Of a DNA stretch of 64,000 nt, positions 1-8,864 are shown piece after piece. The notes below the pieces were generated by a model. The model made no database searches and was not told the DNA's origin. It worked only from the letters and a program-made list of their open reading frames with translations. A program made the position numbers and the translations under genes. The DNA is taken from positions 9 through 64,008 of the forward strand of contig DATLOQ010000119.1 of the NCBI GenBank assembly GCA_035536235.1. Direction: 5' to 3'. The stretch is from Mycobacteriales bacterium. Lineage in GTDB: Bacteria > Actinomycetota > Actinomycetes > BP-191. Position 1 is the first letter of the stretch. Each line of letters opens with the position of its first letter.

Positions 1-466
1 CGGCGGGCAGGAGGTACCAGTCGAGCGAGCGCACGAACGGGTAGACACACACGTAGCGCTTGGGATCCTCCCGCCTCACGAACGCCGGGACGTGGCTCTT
101 GTTGAACTCCGCCGGGCGGTGCAGGCCGACCACCGACCACACCGGCTCCATCGATCGACCCAGCCGGGTCTGCCTGAAGCGGGTGTCCGCCGACTGCAGC
201 GCGTCGGGGTCCGGACAGGTCCACCACACGAGCAGGTCGGCGTCCGCGCGGTAGCCGGCGACCGAGTAGGTGCCGCGGGTGTAGACGTCCTTGCGGCTCA
301 GCTCGTCGAAGAGGGCGCTGGCCTCTGCGGCGGCGCTCTCCCGACCGCCGTCGGCCAGCCGAGCGGCATCCGTGCGCGCCCGGAAGACGCAGTAGCTGGT
401 GTAGAGCAGCTCGTCGTTGAGCTCGCGGGCGGTCTTCTCGGTCGGAGTTCTCGCAGCCTCGGTCAT
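1..466 (-). CDS. hemQ: Coproheme decarboxylase / chlorite-dismutase-family HemQ (ChdC). N-terminal part only; the gene runs off the 5' edge of the window.
   Basis: Reverse-strand translation from the ATG at 466 gives MTEAARTPTEKTARELNDELLYTSYCVFRAR...YVCVYPFVRSLDWYLLPA, typical of actinobacterial HemQ. It is absent from the ORF track because it is truncated by the window edge. Neighbouring hemY, hemH and hemE support the call. Confidence 0.75.
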   Translation of the reverse strand, partial: MTEAARTPTEKTARELNDELLYTSYCVFRARTDAARLADGGRESAAAEASALFDELSRKDVYTRGTYSVAGYRADADLLVWWTCPDPDALQSADTRFRQTRLGRSMEPVWSVVGLHRPAEFNKSHVPAFVRREDPKRYVCVYPFVRSLDWYLLPA

Positions 467-524
467 CGGCCCATTGTCCCGCAGGTCGCGCGTCGGCGTA
501 CTGCCGCTGCGGTCGCCGGGAGCT

Positions 525-597
525 CTTGACCGGGCAGATGTACCCGATCGTGACCCCCAGGGGGTCCACTTGGCCTGTTAACCGGGCAAATGTCGAG
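525..597 (-). repeat. ~73-bp intergenic element, copy 1 (minus orientation), ~60 bp upstream of the hemQ start. Carries two GCCCGGT(T/C)AA(C/G) motifs and the internal palindrome GACCCCCAGGGGGTC.
   Basis: The reverse complement of 525-597 aligns with 51800-51873 at ~80% identity, including a 40-nt stretch with 3 mismatches: GACA(T/A)TTGCCCGGTTAAC(A/C)GGCC(A/G)AGTGGACCCCCTG. Confidence 0.6.
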
Positions 598-626
598 GGC
601 GGCGCGGGGGCAAGGCAGGGGCGGGC

Positions 627-2354
627 CTAGCGGACGATCACAGCGTCGGGGAGCGGGTCGGCGTACAGGCGGACACCGTCGTGCACCGGGATGGTGAACT
701 CCGTGCCGCCCTCTCCGGTGAAGATGTCGATGATCGCCCCGGCCGCGAAGGTCGGCACCTTGTCCGGGTGGGTCGACTGGATCCGCAGCTCGAGGGTGTG
801 ACCCTTGGCCAGCACGTGCGCGACAGCCTGCGAGACCAGCGGGATCGTCATCTTCTGACCCGGTACGACGGGGCTCGGCTTGTCGTTGCCGTTGCGCAGC
901 TCCGGCTGGATGGCCCAGCCGGACATCGAGATCCGGTCGCGCTCGCCGTCGGGCGCCACGTCGTACAGCGTGGCGTTGATGTGGATCCGCTCGCCGAAGA
1001 CAGCCGTGACGAGCTTCATCGTGGGGATGCCGGCGATCAGCATCTGCTTCGGCAGCGCCTTCGTCGTGAAGACCGCTGAGTCAGGGGAGAACTCACCACC
1101 GGCAGGGTTGGCCCGGAATCGCACGCTGCCGGACTCGTCCGCCAGCTCGCCGAGCGTGCCGGAGTTGGCGTGCAGGGTCAGCGCTCGCGAGGGGGTAGCC
1201 GGCCACGAGGTGGGCGTGAAGACCCGCCCGTCGTTGAGGAAGACCTCGACGGGCGGACCGGTGTCGACCTTGCGCTGCAGCAGCTGCTTGTCGAACCACG
1301 CGTGCAGGGCGAAGGTCCAATGGTGCTCGCGGGTGGTGGGGCAGCAGCCGCTGCCGTGGTCCCACTGGCCGATCCACGCCTTGTCACCCGCGCGGCCGCC
1401 CCGAGCGTGGAACCAGTCGAGGGCGGCTATCCGGGCGGCGTTGTCGTTGACGCCATGCACGGCGAACATCGGGATCTTCGACGCAGCCGCACCCTTTCGG
1501 AAGTCGCGCTCCTTGTGCCAAGCAACCTCGGCGCCGCTGAAGTACGCCTCACCGGTGACGGCGGCCGACTGCGTCATCCCACAGCCGAAGTACTGCATGT
1601 CGCGGCCGAAGTTGTCCCCGCCGGGCAGGTGCCGGTCGATCGCGATCTGCTCGTACGCGACCAACGGGCCGGCCCACTGCAGGCTGTACGGCACGCCGTT
1701 CTGGAACTCGTGGTGGTACATCGCGCCCAACCCGGCGCTGGGGACGATGGTGACCAGGCCCTTGGGGTTCTGCGCGGCGGCCATCTGCGGCGTCGAGCCG
1801 ACGTAGGAGTGTCCGGTCATGCCGACCCGGCCGTTGGACCACGGCTGCTTGGCGGCCCACTCGACGATCGCCTTGGCGTCACGCTGGTCCTTCGGGCCCA
1901 TGTGATCCAGACAGCCCTGGGACTTGCCGGTGCCGCGCAGGTCGACCATCACGACGGCATATCCGCGCGGGGCGAAGTAGCCGGTCAAGCCGATCTTGTT
2001 CTCGTCGGCATCCACCGGCTCGGGCAGGATCCGGGTGCCCTCGCGGCTGCCCGCTCCGCCGTGGTACGGCGAGAGCTCGAGGATCACGCCGAACCGACCC
2101 GCGGCCTTGGGCCGGGTCACCTCGACGTAGAGGCTCGGCCCGTCCGGCATCTTCACCATCATCGACTCCTTGACCGTCGCGAAGCGCGCAGTCGAGAGGC
2201 CGCTGATCTTGGGGTAGTCGCGGGGCGGCCCCGTCGTGACAGTGGGCCGGCCGGTGGCGCCGGACCTCGACGGCGCGGCGTCGGACGCAGCGAGGCTGCC
2301 GGCGAAGACGAGCAGGGCGCAGGCGCCGGACAGGACGAGACGGAATCGGTTCAT
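627..2354 (-). CDS. Secreted S15-family (X-Pro dipeptidyl-peptidase / CocE-NonD) hydrolase.
   Basis: The ORF track protein has a GHSYVG nucleophile motif and an N-terminal signal peptide (MNRFRLVLSGACALLVFAGSLAA). Start chosen at the internal Met at 2354; the longer ORF to 2483 is Arg-rich and low-complexity. Confidence 0.7.
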   Translation of the reverse strand: MNRFRLVLSGACALLVFAGSLAASDAAPSRSGATGRPTVTTGPPRDYPKISGLSTARFATVKESMMVKMPDGPSLYVEVTRPKAAGRFGVILELSPYHGGAGSREGTRILPEPVDADENKIGLTGYFAPRGYAVVMVDLRGTGKSQGCLDHMGPKDQRDAKAIVEWAAKQPWSNGRVGMTGHSYVGSTPQMAAAQNPKGLVTIVPSAGLGAMYHHEFQNGVPYSLQWAGPLVAYEQIAIDRHLPGGDNFGRDMQYFGCGMTQSAAVTGEAYFSGAEVAWHKERDFRKGAAASKIPMFAVHGVNDNAARIAALDWFHARGGRAGDKAWIGQWDHGSGCCPTTREHHWTFALHAWFDKQLLQRKVDTGPPVEVFLNDGRVFTPTSWPATPSRALTLHANSGTLGELADESGSVRFRANPAGGEFSPDSAVFTTKALPKQMLIAGIPTMKLVTAVFGERIHINATLYDVAPDGERDRISMSGWAIQPELRNGNDKPSPVVPGQKMTIPLVSQAVAHVLAKGHTLELRIQSTHPDKVPTFAAGAIIDIFTGEGGTEFTIPVHDGVRLYADPLPDAVIVR

Positions 2355-2409
2355 GAGCGGTGTTTTCGGTGTACGTCGGCCCATTCCTGCCGCGGTTACG
2401 CTGGCGAGC

Positions 2410-3453
2410 ATGACCGAGATGGTGGTGGCCGCGGAGGACACCGGACTGCTCCGCCGATGGCGGGAGGTGCTGCGGACCACCAACCCGCCGGCGCTCGGCC
2501 CGGACCAGCAGATCGACGTCGTGTCGAAGTGGCTGGTGCTGACCCGCGCAGCGGTGCTGCCGATGACGCTGACCGCGGGACTGGTGGCCGGCCTTCTCGC
2601 CGTACGCCAGGAGGGATTCCACTCCGGCTACTTCGCGCTGGCGCTGCTGGGCATCACCTTGGCGCACGTGTCGAACAACTTGATGAACGACCTCTTCGAC
2701 AGCGAGGTAGGCCTCGACACGAACAGCTATCCCCGGGCCCTCTACGCCCCGCACCCCATCCTGTCCGGGATGATCTCCCGGCGTGGGTTGGCCCTCGCGG
2801 CACTTGCGGTCAACGTCGCCGACCTGGCGATCGGGCTTGTGCTCTTCAGCGCCCGCGGCTGGCCGGTGCTCGCCTTCGCCGTCTCCGGCTTCCTGCTGAG
2901 CGCCGCTTACACGGCACCGCCGCTGCGGCTGAAGAAGCGGGGCCTCGGCGAGCCTGACGTGTTTCTCGTGTGGGGGCCGTTGATGGTCGGCGGGACCTAC
3001 TACTCAGCGGTCGGCTCCGTGCCGGAGGCGATCCTCGCCGCGTCCATTCCCTACGGCCTGCTCTGCACGGCCGTGCTGATGGGAAAGCACATCGACAAGA
3101 TCCCGTGGGACTCCCCCGCCGGGGTCCGGACCCTACCCGTGATCCTCGGTGAGGACCGCGCGCGAGTGCTCACTCGGGCGCTGATGATCGGCTTCTACGT
3201 CGCCGTCGTCGGCTGCGTGATCGGCGGTGCGCTGCCGTGGCCGGCCCTCGCAGTGATCGGCGCACTACCGGTGCTGGTCAAGACCCTGCAACCGCTGCGC
3301 GAGCCGCGACCCGACGCGCCACCGGCCGGCTTCCCGGTGTGGCCGCTGTGGTTCGCCGCCATCGCCTTCGTGCACACCCGCCGAGCCGGCGCGCTGCTCG
3401 TCCTCGGCCTCGCGGGCGCCGCGATCGCCGACATCCCCGCCCCGGCGCTCTGA
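2410..3453 (+). CDS. UbiA-family aromatic prenyltransferase (MenA-like, polytopic membrane protein).
   Basis: Multiple TM helices and an NDLFD(x)...D-rich motif typical of UbiA/MenA. Start set at MTEMVVAAEDT (2410) to avoid overlap with the divergent peptidase start. Confidence 0.6.
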   Translation: MTEMVVAAEDTGLLRRWREVLRTTNPPALGPDQQIDVVSKWLVLTRAAVLPMTLTAGLVAGLLAVRQEGFHSGYFALALLGITLAHVSNNLMNDLFDSEVGLDTNSYPRALYAPHPILSGMISRRGLALAALAVNVADLAIGLVLFSARGWPVLAFAVSGFLLSAAYTAPPLRLKKRGLGEPDVFLVWGPLMVGGTYYSAVGSVPEAILAASIPYGLLCTAVLMGKHIDKIPWDSPAGVRTLPVILGEDRARVLTRALMIGFYVAVVGCVIGGALPWPALAVIGALPVLVKTLQPLREPRPDAPPAGFPVWPLWFAAIAFVHTRRAGALLVLGLAGAAIADIPAPAL

Positions 3454-3500
3454 TGGCCCTGCGCTCTTCCGTGTCATAGAAGACACGGAAGAGCGCAGGG

Positions 3501-4886
3501 TCACCCGGGTCGCGCCCGAAGGTGGGCGAGGACGGTGGCCGCGGCCTTCTCCCCGGATCGGATGCAGGCGGGCACCCCCACGCCGTCGTACGCCGAGCCG
3601 GCCAGGGCCAGTCCGGGCAAAGCGGCGAGCGCGGCGTCGACCCGGGCGATTCGCTCCCGGTGCCCGACGGCGTACTGCGGCAGCGCGTCGGCCCAGCGCG
3701 AGACGCGGACCTCGAGCGGGCGCGCGGTGAGCCCGACCGCGAGCGCCAGCTCGGTGAGCAGTCGCGCCACGATCTCGTCGTCGTCGTCGGGGGCCGGCTC
3801 GCCTGCTCGCCCGACGGAGCACCGCACGATTGTCACGTCGCCCCGGTCGAGGTGCGCCCACTTCGCCGACGAGAAGGTGCACGCCTTCATCAGGCGACCT
3901 TCGGTCGCCGGCACCAGGAAGCCGCTGCCTCCCGGCGCTCCCGCCAGCGCCCCACGAGGCAGCGCCATGGTCACGACCACGACCGACGCAGTCCTGACGC
4001 CGGCGAGCTCGGTCGACACCTCGGGGGCAGCGAATCGCAGCAGGCTGCTCGCGACAGGAGCCGGCGTCGCCGCGACCACGGCATCCACCACGAGAGCGCG
4101 ACCCCCGACCAGGGTGATCCGCCACGCGTTGCCGACCCGCTCGACCAGGGCCGCCCGGGACGACAAGCGCACGGCGTCGCCGAGGGAGCGCGCGATGGCC
4201 TGGGGCAGCTGCCCGAGGCCGCCGTCGAGAGACGAGAAGACCGGCGACGTGTCGACGGGTGCGGCCGCGGTGCGGCTGCGCACCACGCGCATCACGGAAC
4301 GCTGGCCGTGCGCTGCCGCAGCCAGCTGCGGCACTGTCGACTCGAGGCTTAGCTCGTCCGCCCGACCGGCGTAGACCCCGCCGAGCAAGGGGTCAACGAG
4401 GCGGTCGACGACCTGCCGACCGAGGCGGCGCCGGACGAGCTCCCCGACACTGATGTCGCCGACGGGTGCCGACGCGGGCAGCACCAGGTCGGCCGCCGCG
4501 CGGAGCAGTCCGGCCGGCGAGAGCACCCTGCTGGATGCCAGAGATCGCCATGACCCGGGCACGCCGAGGAGAGTGCCCTCAGGAATGGGGCGTAGCCGGT
4601 CCCCGATCCACACGTAGGCCTGCCCGGTGCTTGGCGAGACCAGCAGCTCGCCGAGCCCGACCTCACGGGCCAGCCGCTCCCCCTCGGGCACCCGGGCCAG
4701 GAAGGCGTCCGCTCCCGCGTCGACCTGGAGCCCACCGATCGACGACGTGTGCAGGATGCCGCCGACCCGCGCCGACCCCTCTAGCACGATCACCTCGATG
4801 GCGGGATCAGCGGTGCGATGGAGCGCATGAGCGCAGGCCAGTCCGGAGATTCCGCCGCCGATGACGGCGACCACCCTGCGCCCCAT
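3501..4886 (-). CDS. hemY: Coproporphyrinogen III / protoporphyrinogen oxidase (HemY/CgoX), FAD-dependent.
   Basis: N-terminal VAVIGGGISGLACAHAL dinucleotide-binding motif, 461 aa, sits in a heme-biosynthesis gene context. Confidence 0.8.
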   Translation of the reverse strand: MGRRVVAVIGGGISGLACAHALHRTADPAIEVIVLEGSARVGGILHTSSIGGLQVDAGADAFLARVPEGERLAREVGLGELLVSPSTGQAYVWIGDRLRPIPEGTLLGVPGSWRSLASSRVLSPAGLLRAAADLVLPASAPVGDISVGELVRRRLGRQVVDRLVDPLLGGVYAGRADELSLESTVPQLAAAAHGQRSVMRVVRSRTAAAPVDTSPVFSSLDGGLGQLPQAIARSLGDAVRLSSRAALVERVGNAWRITLVGGRALVVDAVVAATPAPVASSLLRFAAPEVSTELAGVRTASVVVVTMALPRGALAGAPGGSGFLVPATEGRLMKACTFSSAKWAHLDRGDVTIVRCSVGRAGEPAPDDDDEIVARLLTELALAVGLTARPLEVRVSRWADALPQYAVGHRERIARVDAALAALPGLALAGSAYDGVGVPACIRSGEKAAATVLAHLRARPG

Positions 4887-4894
4887 GTCCTGGC

Positions 4895-5836
4895 TCAGCG
4901 CGGGGGGACCGGTACGGCGTCGGTCGTCGCAGCTCTCGCTGACTCGGGGACCAGCGGCCGCGGCCGCAGGCGCCCTTCAGCGAGGGCCACCGCCACGATG
5001 ACGACCGCCCCGCCGACGAAGAGGTTCCAGCCGAGCGGCTCGTCGAGGACGGCCACCCCTAGCGCCACCGCGACGAGCGGGATCAAGAAAGTGACCATCG
5101 ACGCGCTGGTCGCCCCGATGTCACGGATCAGCCCGTGGTAGAGCACGAAGGCGATGCCCGTGCCGAGCGCCCCGAGCGCGAGCATCGAGAGCACGACTCT
5201 CGGAGTGAGCGTCATCGGCTCCCGGGAAGCCAGCGGGGTGATGACCCCGAGGATGACGGCCGACGCCGTGAGCTGGCAGGCGGCCAGGACCACCGGCGAG
5301 ATGCCCGTGCCGGACAGCTTCTTGCGGGTGAGGTTGAAGCCGACGCCGTACGACACCGCTGCACCGAGTGCGGCCAGCTGACCGGTGATCAAGTTCGCTT
5401 GGTCCGATCCGCGCCACGGCCCCAGCACGACCACCACCCCGAGGAAGCCGAGCAGCAGCCCGTAGACCCGCTCCCGGCTGGGCCGCTCCTCAGGGAGGAA
5501 GAGGATGGCGATCACCAGGGTCATCAGCGGGGTGGTCGCGTTGTAGACCCCGGACACTCCGCTGGAGATGCGCTCGCCGGCCCACCCGAACGCGTAGAAC
5601 GGGATGACGTTCGCCACCAGCGAGAGCACTGCCACCCGCCCCCAGAGGCTGCGGTCGCGCGGCACCGGCAGTCGCCGTACGGCGACGATCAGCCAGACCA
5701 CTACCGCGCCGGCCAGGGTGCGGCCCAGAGCTACCTGCAGGGGCGACAGCCCCTCGAGGGCCACCTTGATGAAGAGGAAGCTGGTGCCCCAGACCGCACC
5801 GAGGAAGCCGAGTCGGAGCAGCGCAGACCGGCTCAT
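4895..5836 (-). CDS. EamA/DMT-family transporter (10 TM).
   Basis: Hydrophobic duplicated EamA-like architecture. Start chosen at MSRSALLRLGFLG. Confidence 0.6.
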   Translation of the reverse strand: MSRSALLRLGFLGAVWGTSFLFIKVALEGLSPLQVALGRTLAGAVVVWLIVAVRRLPVPRDRSLWGRVAVLSLVANVIPFYAFGWAGERISSGVSGVYNATTPLMTLVIAILFLPEERPSRERVYGLLLGFLGVVVVLGPWRGSDQANLITGQLAALGAAVSYGVGFNLTRKKLSGTGISPVVLAACQLTASAVILGVITPLASREPMTLTPRVVLSMLALGALGTGIAFVLYHGLIRDIGATSASMVTFLIPLVAVALGVAVLDEPLGWNLFVGGAVVIVAVALAEGRLRPRPLVPESARAATTDAVPVPPR

Positions 5837-5884
5837 TCGCGCAGAGGTCATGGCGGAGTTCGCGGGAGCAGACACCGACCGAGC

Positions 5885-6805
5885 CTACGCGGCGCCGCTG
5901 CGCTCGTCGGCCGCTTGCCGGACCAGCTGCGCCAGTGCCGCCATCACCTCGGGATCGGCGTTGATCGACCGCGTGCGCGCGAAGGGCAGGCCCAGCTGAC
6001 GGGCCAGCCCGGCTGCCTCGATGTCGAGGTCGTAGGCCACCTCCAGGTGATCTGCCGTGAAGCCGCAGGCGCAGATCACCACTCCCGGCGACTGTGCCCC
6101 GGCGCGGTCGGTGAGGATCTGCAGCACATCCGGGCCCAGCCACGGTTCGGCGGTGCGCCCGGCGCTCTGCCAGCCGACCGACCACGTGGGCAGGGCGAGC
6201 CTCTCGGCGACTTCCTGGGCTGTCTCGGCCAGCTGCATCGGGTACGGGTCGCCCATCGTCACGACGCGCTCCGGCACCGAGTGGGCAGTGAAGACGACCT
6301 CACCGCCGGGCACTAATGCCAGCGCGTCGGTGACGGCTCGGGCGAGGAAGTCGACGTACGCCGGCAGCAGGTGCCACGACGGGACGGTCTCGACCGCGAC
6401 GCCATGGGTCTCGCCCGCCGCAGCCGCCTTCGCGGCGTACTGGCCCACCGACACCGTCGACCAGTGCGGTGCCAGGACGAGCCCGACGGCTCGGTCGAGC
6501 CCGTCAGCAGCCAGCGCGGCCACCCCCTCCTCGATCGAGGGCGCGGAGTGCTTGGTGCCCAGCACAACCGTGAAGCGATCGGGCTCGGCAGCGTCGAGGG
6601 CACTCTGGATCCCGTCGAGCTGCGACTCGGTGATCGCGCGCAGCGGGAACGTGCCGCCGAGCGCGTCGTAGCGCGCAGTGAGGTCCGCCAGCTGCTGAGG
6701 CTCCGGAGGACGGCCGCGTCGGATGTCGGTGTAGTACACCTCGATGTCGTCGCGGTCCCGGGGCGTGCCGTACGCCATCACCAGCACTCCGACCCGTTCG
6801 GTCAC
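5885..6805 (-). CDS. hemH: Coproporphyrin ferrochelatase (CpfC/HemH).
   Basis: MTERVGVLVMAYGTPRDRDDIEVYYTDIRRGRPP... is a ferrochelatase N-terminus. GTG start at 6805. Confidence 0.8.
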   Translation of the reverse strand: MTERVGVLVMAYGTPRDRDDIEVYYTDIRRGRPPEPQQLADLTARYDALGGTFPLRAITESQLDGIQSALDAAEPDRFTVVLGTKHSAPSIEEGVAALAADGLDRAVGLVLAPHWSTVSVGQYAAKAAAAGETHGVAVETVPSWHLLPAYVDFLARAVTDALALVPGGEVVFTAHSVPERVVTMGDPYPMQLAETAQEVAERLALPTWSVGWQSAGRTAEPWLGPDVLQILTDRAGAQSPGVVICACGFTADHLEVAYDLDIEAAGLARQLGLPFARTRSINADPEVMAALAQLVRQAADERSGAA

Positions 6806-6810
6806 CGCTC

Positions 6811-6908
6811 AGCCCTGGTGACAGGCACAGCAAGATCACCACGGAGGGGGCGAGCCCTGGGGCCAGGCACAGCAAGATCACCACCTAACGGGTGATCTTG
6901 CTGTGTGT
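6811..6908. repeat. Three copies of a 15-bp motif (CACAGCAAGATCACC) within ~100 bp: two direct copies inside a ~33-bp direct repeat (6811-6842 and 6851-6884) plus one inverted copy (6889-6905). Sits in the hemE-hemH intergenic region, abutting the hemH start.
   Basis: Read directly: ...CAGGCACAGCAAGATCACCAC...CAGGCACAGCAAGATCACCAC CTAACG GGTGATCTTGCTGTGTG. The inverted copy can pair with either direct copy. Confidence 0.8.
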
Positions 6909-6927
6909 GTCCACAAGCGGTCATGGG

Positions 6928-7995
6928 TCAGTGGGTCGTGGTCTCGTGGACGAGCTCGACGACGCGGCGCAGCACATCGGGGTCGGTCTCGGGGAGCACC
7001 CCGTGGCCGAGGTTGAAGACGTGCCCCTCCAACCCGCGAGCTCGGTGGAGCACCTCCCGGGTGCGCTCCTCGACGACGTCCCACGGGGCCAGCACCACCG
7101 CCGGGTCGAGGTTGCCCTGCACCGCCTTGCCCGGACCGATGCGGCGGGCTCCTTCGTCGATCGGCAGGTGGAAGTCGACGCCGACGACGTCGGCGCCCGC
7201 CGCCGCCATCAGGCCCAGGATCTCGCCGGTGCCCACGCCGAAGTGGATGCGCGGCACCCCGAGGTCCGCCAGACCCGCGAAGATTTTCTGCGACGCAGGC
7301 AGCACGTGGCGCTCGTAGTCGGCAGCCGAGAGGGCACCGGCCCACGAGTCGAAGAGCTGTACGGCGCTGACGCCCGCGGCCACCTGCGCTCGCAGGAACG
7401 TCAGGGTGAGATCGGCCAGCGCGTCGAGCAGCTGGGCCCACCCCGCCGGGTCGGCGTACATGAAGGCCTTCGTGCGGCTGTGGGTCTTCGACGGCCCGCC
7501 CTCGACGAGGTAGCTGGCCAGGGTGAACGGCGCCCCGGCGAAGCCGATGAGCGGCACCTCGAGCTCCTTGACTAGGAGTCGGACAGCCTCGCCGATGTAG
7601 GGCATGTCGCTGTCGGGGTCGAGCGGTCGCAGCCGGTCCAGGTCAGCCGGTCCGCGGAAGGGCTCGTCGACTACCGGCCCCACCCCGGGTTTGATGTCCA
7701 GCCCGACGCCGATCGCCTTGAGCGGCAGCACGATGTCGCTGAAGAGGATGGCGGCGTCGACGCCGTGGCGCCGCACCGGCTGTAGCGTGATCTCGGTGAC
7801 CAGCTCCGGTCGCGTGCAGCTCTCGAGCATCGTCGTGCCGACGCGCAGCGCGCGATACTCGGGCAGCGACCGGCCGGCCTGGCGCATGAACCAGACCGGG
7901 GTGTGCGGCACCGGCTCGCGGCGACACGCGCGCAGGAAGGGCGAGTTCGCCAGCAGGGAGGTCACGGCAAGGATCGTCCCATGCCTGTCCGGCAC
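6928..7995 (-). CDS. hemE: Uroporphyrinogen decarboxylase.
   Basis: ...[34 protein letters not shown]... is a canonical HemE N-terminus. Confidence 0.85.
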   Translation of the reverse strand: MPDRHGTILAVTSLLANSPFLRACRREPVPHTPVWFMRQAGRSLPEYRALRVGTTMLESCTRPELVTEITLQPVRRHGVDAAILFSDIVLPLKAIGVGLDIKPGVGPVVDEPFRGPADLDRLRPLDPDSDMPYIGEAVRLLVKELEVPLIGFAGAPFTLASYLVEGGPSKTHSRTKAFMYADPAGWAQLLDALADLTLTFLRAQVAAGVSAVQLFDSWAGALSAADYERHVLPASQKIFAGLADLGVPRIHFGVGTGEILGLMAAAGADVVGVDFHLPIDEGARRIGPGKAVQGNLDPAVVLAPWDVVEERTREVLHRARGLEGHVFNLGHGVLPETDPDVLRRVVELVHETTTH

Positions 7996-8028
7996 CAGCA
8001 GAGCGGGCAGCTGGCCGAAGGGGGCTGC

Positions 8029-8823
8029 TCAGCCGATCCGCAGCGCGAAGGACACCAGGCGTTCGGCCGCACCGGCGCCGGTGCTGACGAATACCGCCTC
8101 GTAGCTCGCCGCAGGGGTCTGGCCGGGATAGAAGTACAGGGCCTGGATCGAGGCGAGCCGGCCAGGGGCACCCGCGACCACCACCCCCGTGCCTCCGGAC
8201 ACTCCGCCGGTGGCGCACTGGGAGCCTGGGCGAGCCAAGCAGACGTCGTCCGCCGACACCACTCCCGCGGAGTAGGACTGCGCCGACGCGAGCACGACCA
8301 TCGACCCGAGCGTGACCGTCATCGGAATGCGGCTCACCGCTGTCGGGACTCCCATCGGCAGGGTCTGCCGCACCAGCTCACCGCGGACGTCGGCTCGACC
8401 TCGGGGCAGGAGCGTGACCGACCGCCCGAGACCTTTCGCGGGCACCCGCACCTCGCTGGGCCCGTTGGCCAGCAACGTGACGCGGTAGCGGCCCGCTGGA
8501 AGCCGGACGGCGTCGAACCCGCCGCCGAAGACCATCGGGACCTGATCGCTGTCAACGGAGAAACCAGCCGCGACCACACCCCCGACAGCGACACTGCCGT
8601 CAGCGCGGTGCACGACGAATCCGGCGAAGGTGCCGCCCATGCGTGCGCTCATCGCCCGGGCCGGCCCGAGCCCGCCGACCTCGAACGTCGTGGGCCGCCG
8701 GAGCACCAGGTTCATGCTCCTGCTGGCCACTCCCCGCAGCACCAGCACCTCAGCGGGGCTGGCCCAGGCCGCCGGCAGTCCGGTCAGACCGAGAAGCACC
8801 AGCAGCACTGCCAGTCGGCGCAT
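8029..8823 (-). CDS. Secreted hypothetical protein (signal peptide, Gly/Val-rich beta-rich).
   Basis: Start set at MRRLAVLLVLLGLTGLPAAWA (8823). The upstream extension to 9078 is Arg-rich and overlaps the neighbouring gene. Confidence 0.5.
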   Translation of the reverse strand: MRRLAVLLVLLGLTGLPAAWASPAEVLVLRGVASRSMNLVLRRPTTFEVGGLGPARAMSARMGGTFAGFVVHRADGSVAVGGVVAAGFSVDSDQVPMVFGGGFDAVRLPAGRYRVTLLANGPSEVRVPAKGLGRSVTLLPRGRADVRGELVRQTLPMGVPTAVSRIPMTVTLGSMVVLASAQSYSAGVVSADDVCLARPGSQCATGGVSGGTGVVVAGAPGRLASIQALYFYPGQTPAASYEAVFVSTGAGAAERLVSFALRIG

Positions 8824-8864
8824 GCCACGGACTTCGACGCCGCTGCGTCGGGCACCTCTCGGGC

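Noticed and set aside
1170-2957. 595-aa plus-strand ORF overlapping the S15 peptidase gene
   Set aside because: Antisense frame of a domain-rich gene; composition (R/G/A/D-rich) and lack of motifs indicate a GC-frame artefact.
2410-3453. UbiA prenyltransferase as lycopene elongase (CrtEb) for C50 carotenoids
   Set aside because: It sits 40 kb from the crt genes inside the heme cluster and has MenA-like rather than CrtEb-like context. The heterodimeric cyclase here is coupled to a GT2, not to an elongase.
6504-6884. 126-aa ORF beginning MVILLCLAPGLAPSVVILLCLSPGL
   Set aside because: The duplicated peptide is simply the translation of the 33-bp direct repeat in the hemE-hemH spacer and the rest is antisense to hemH.
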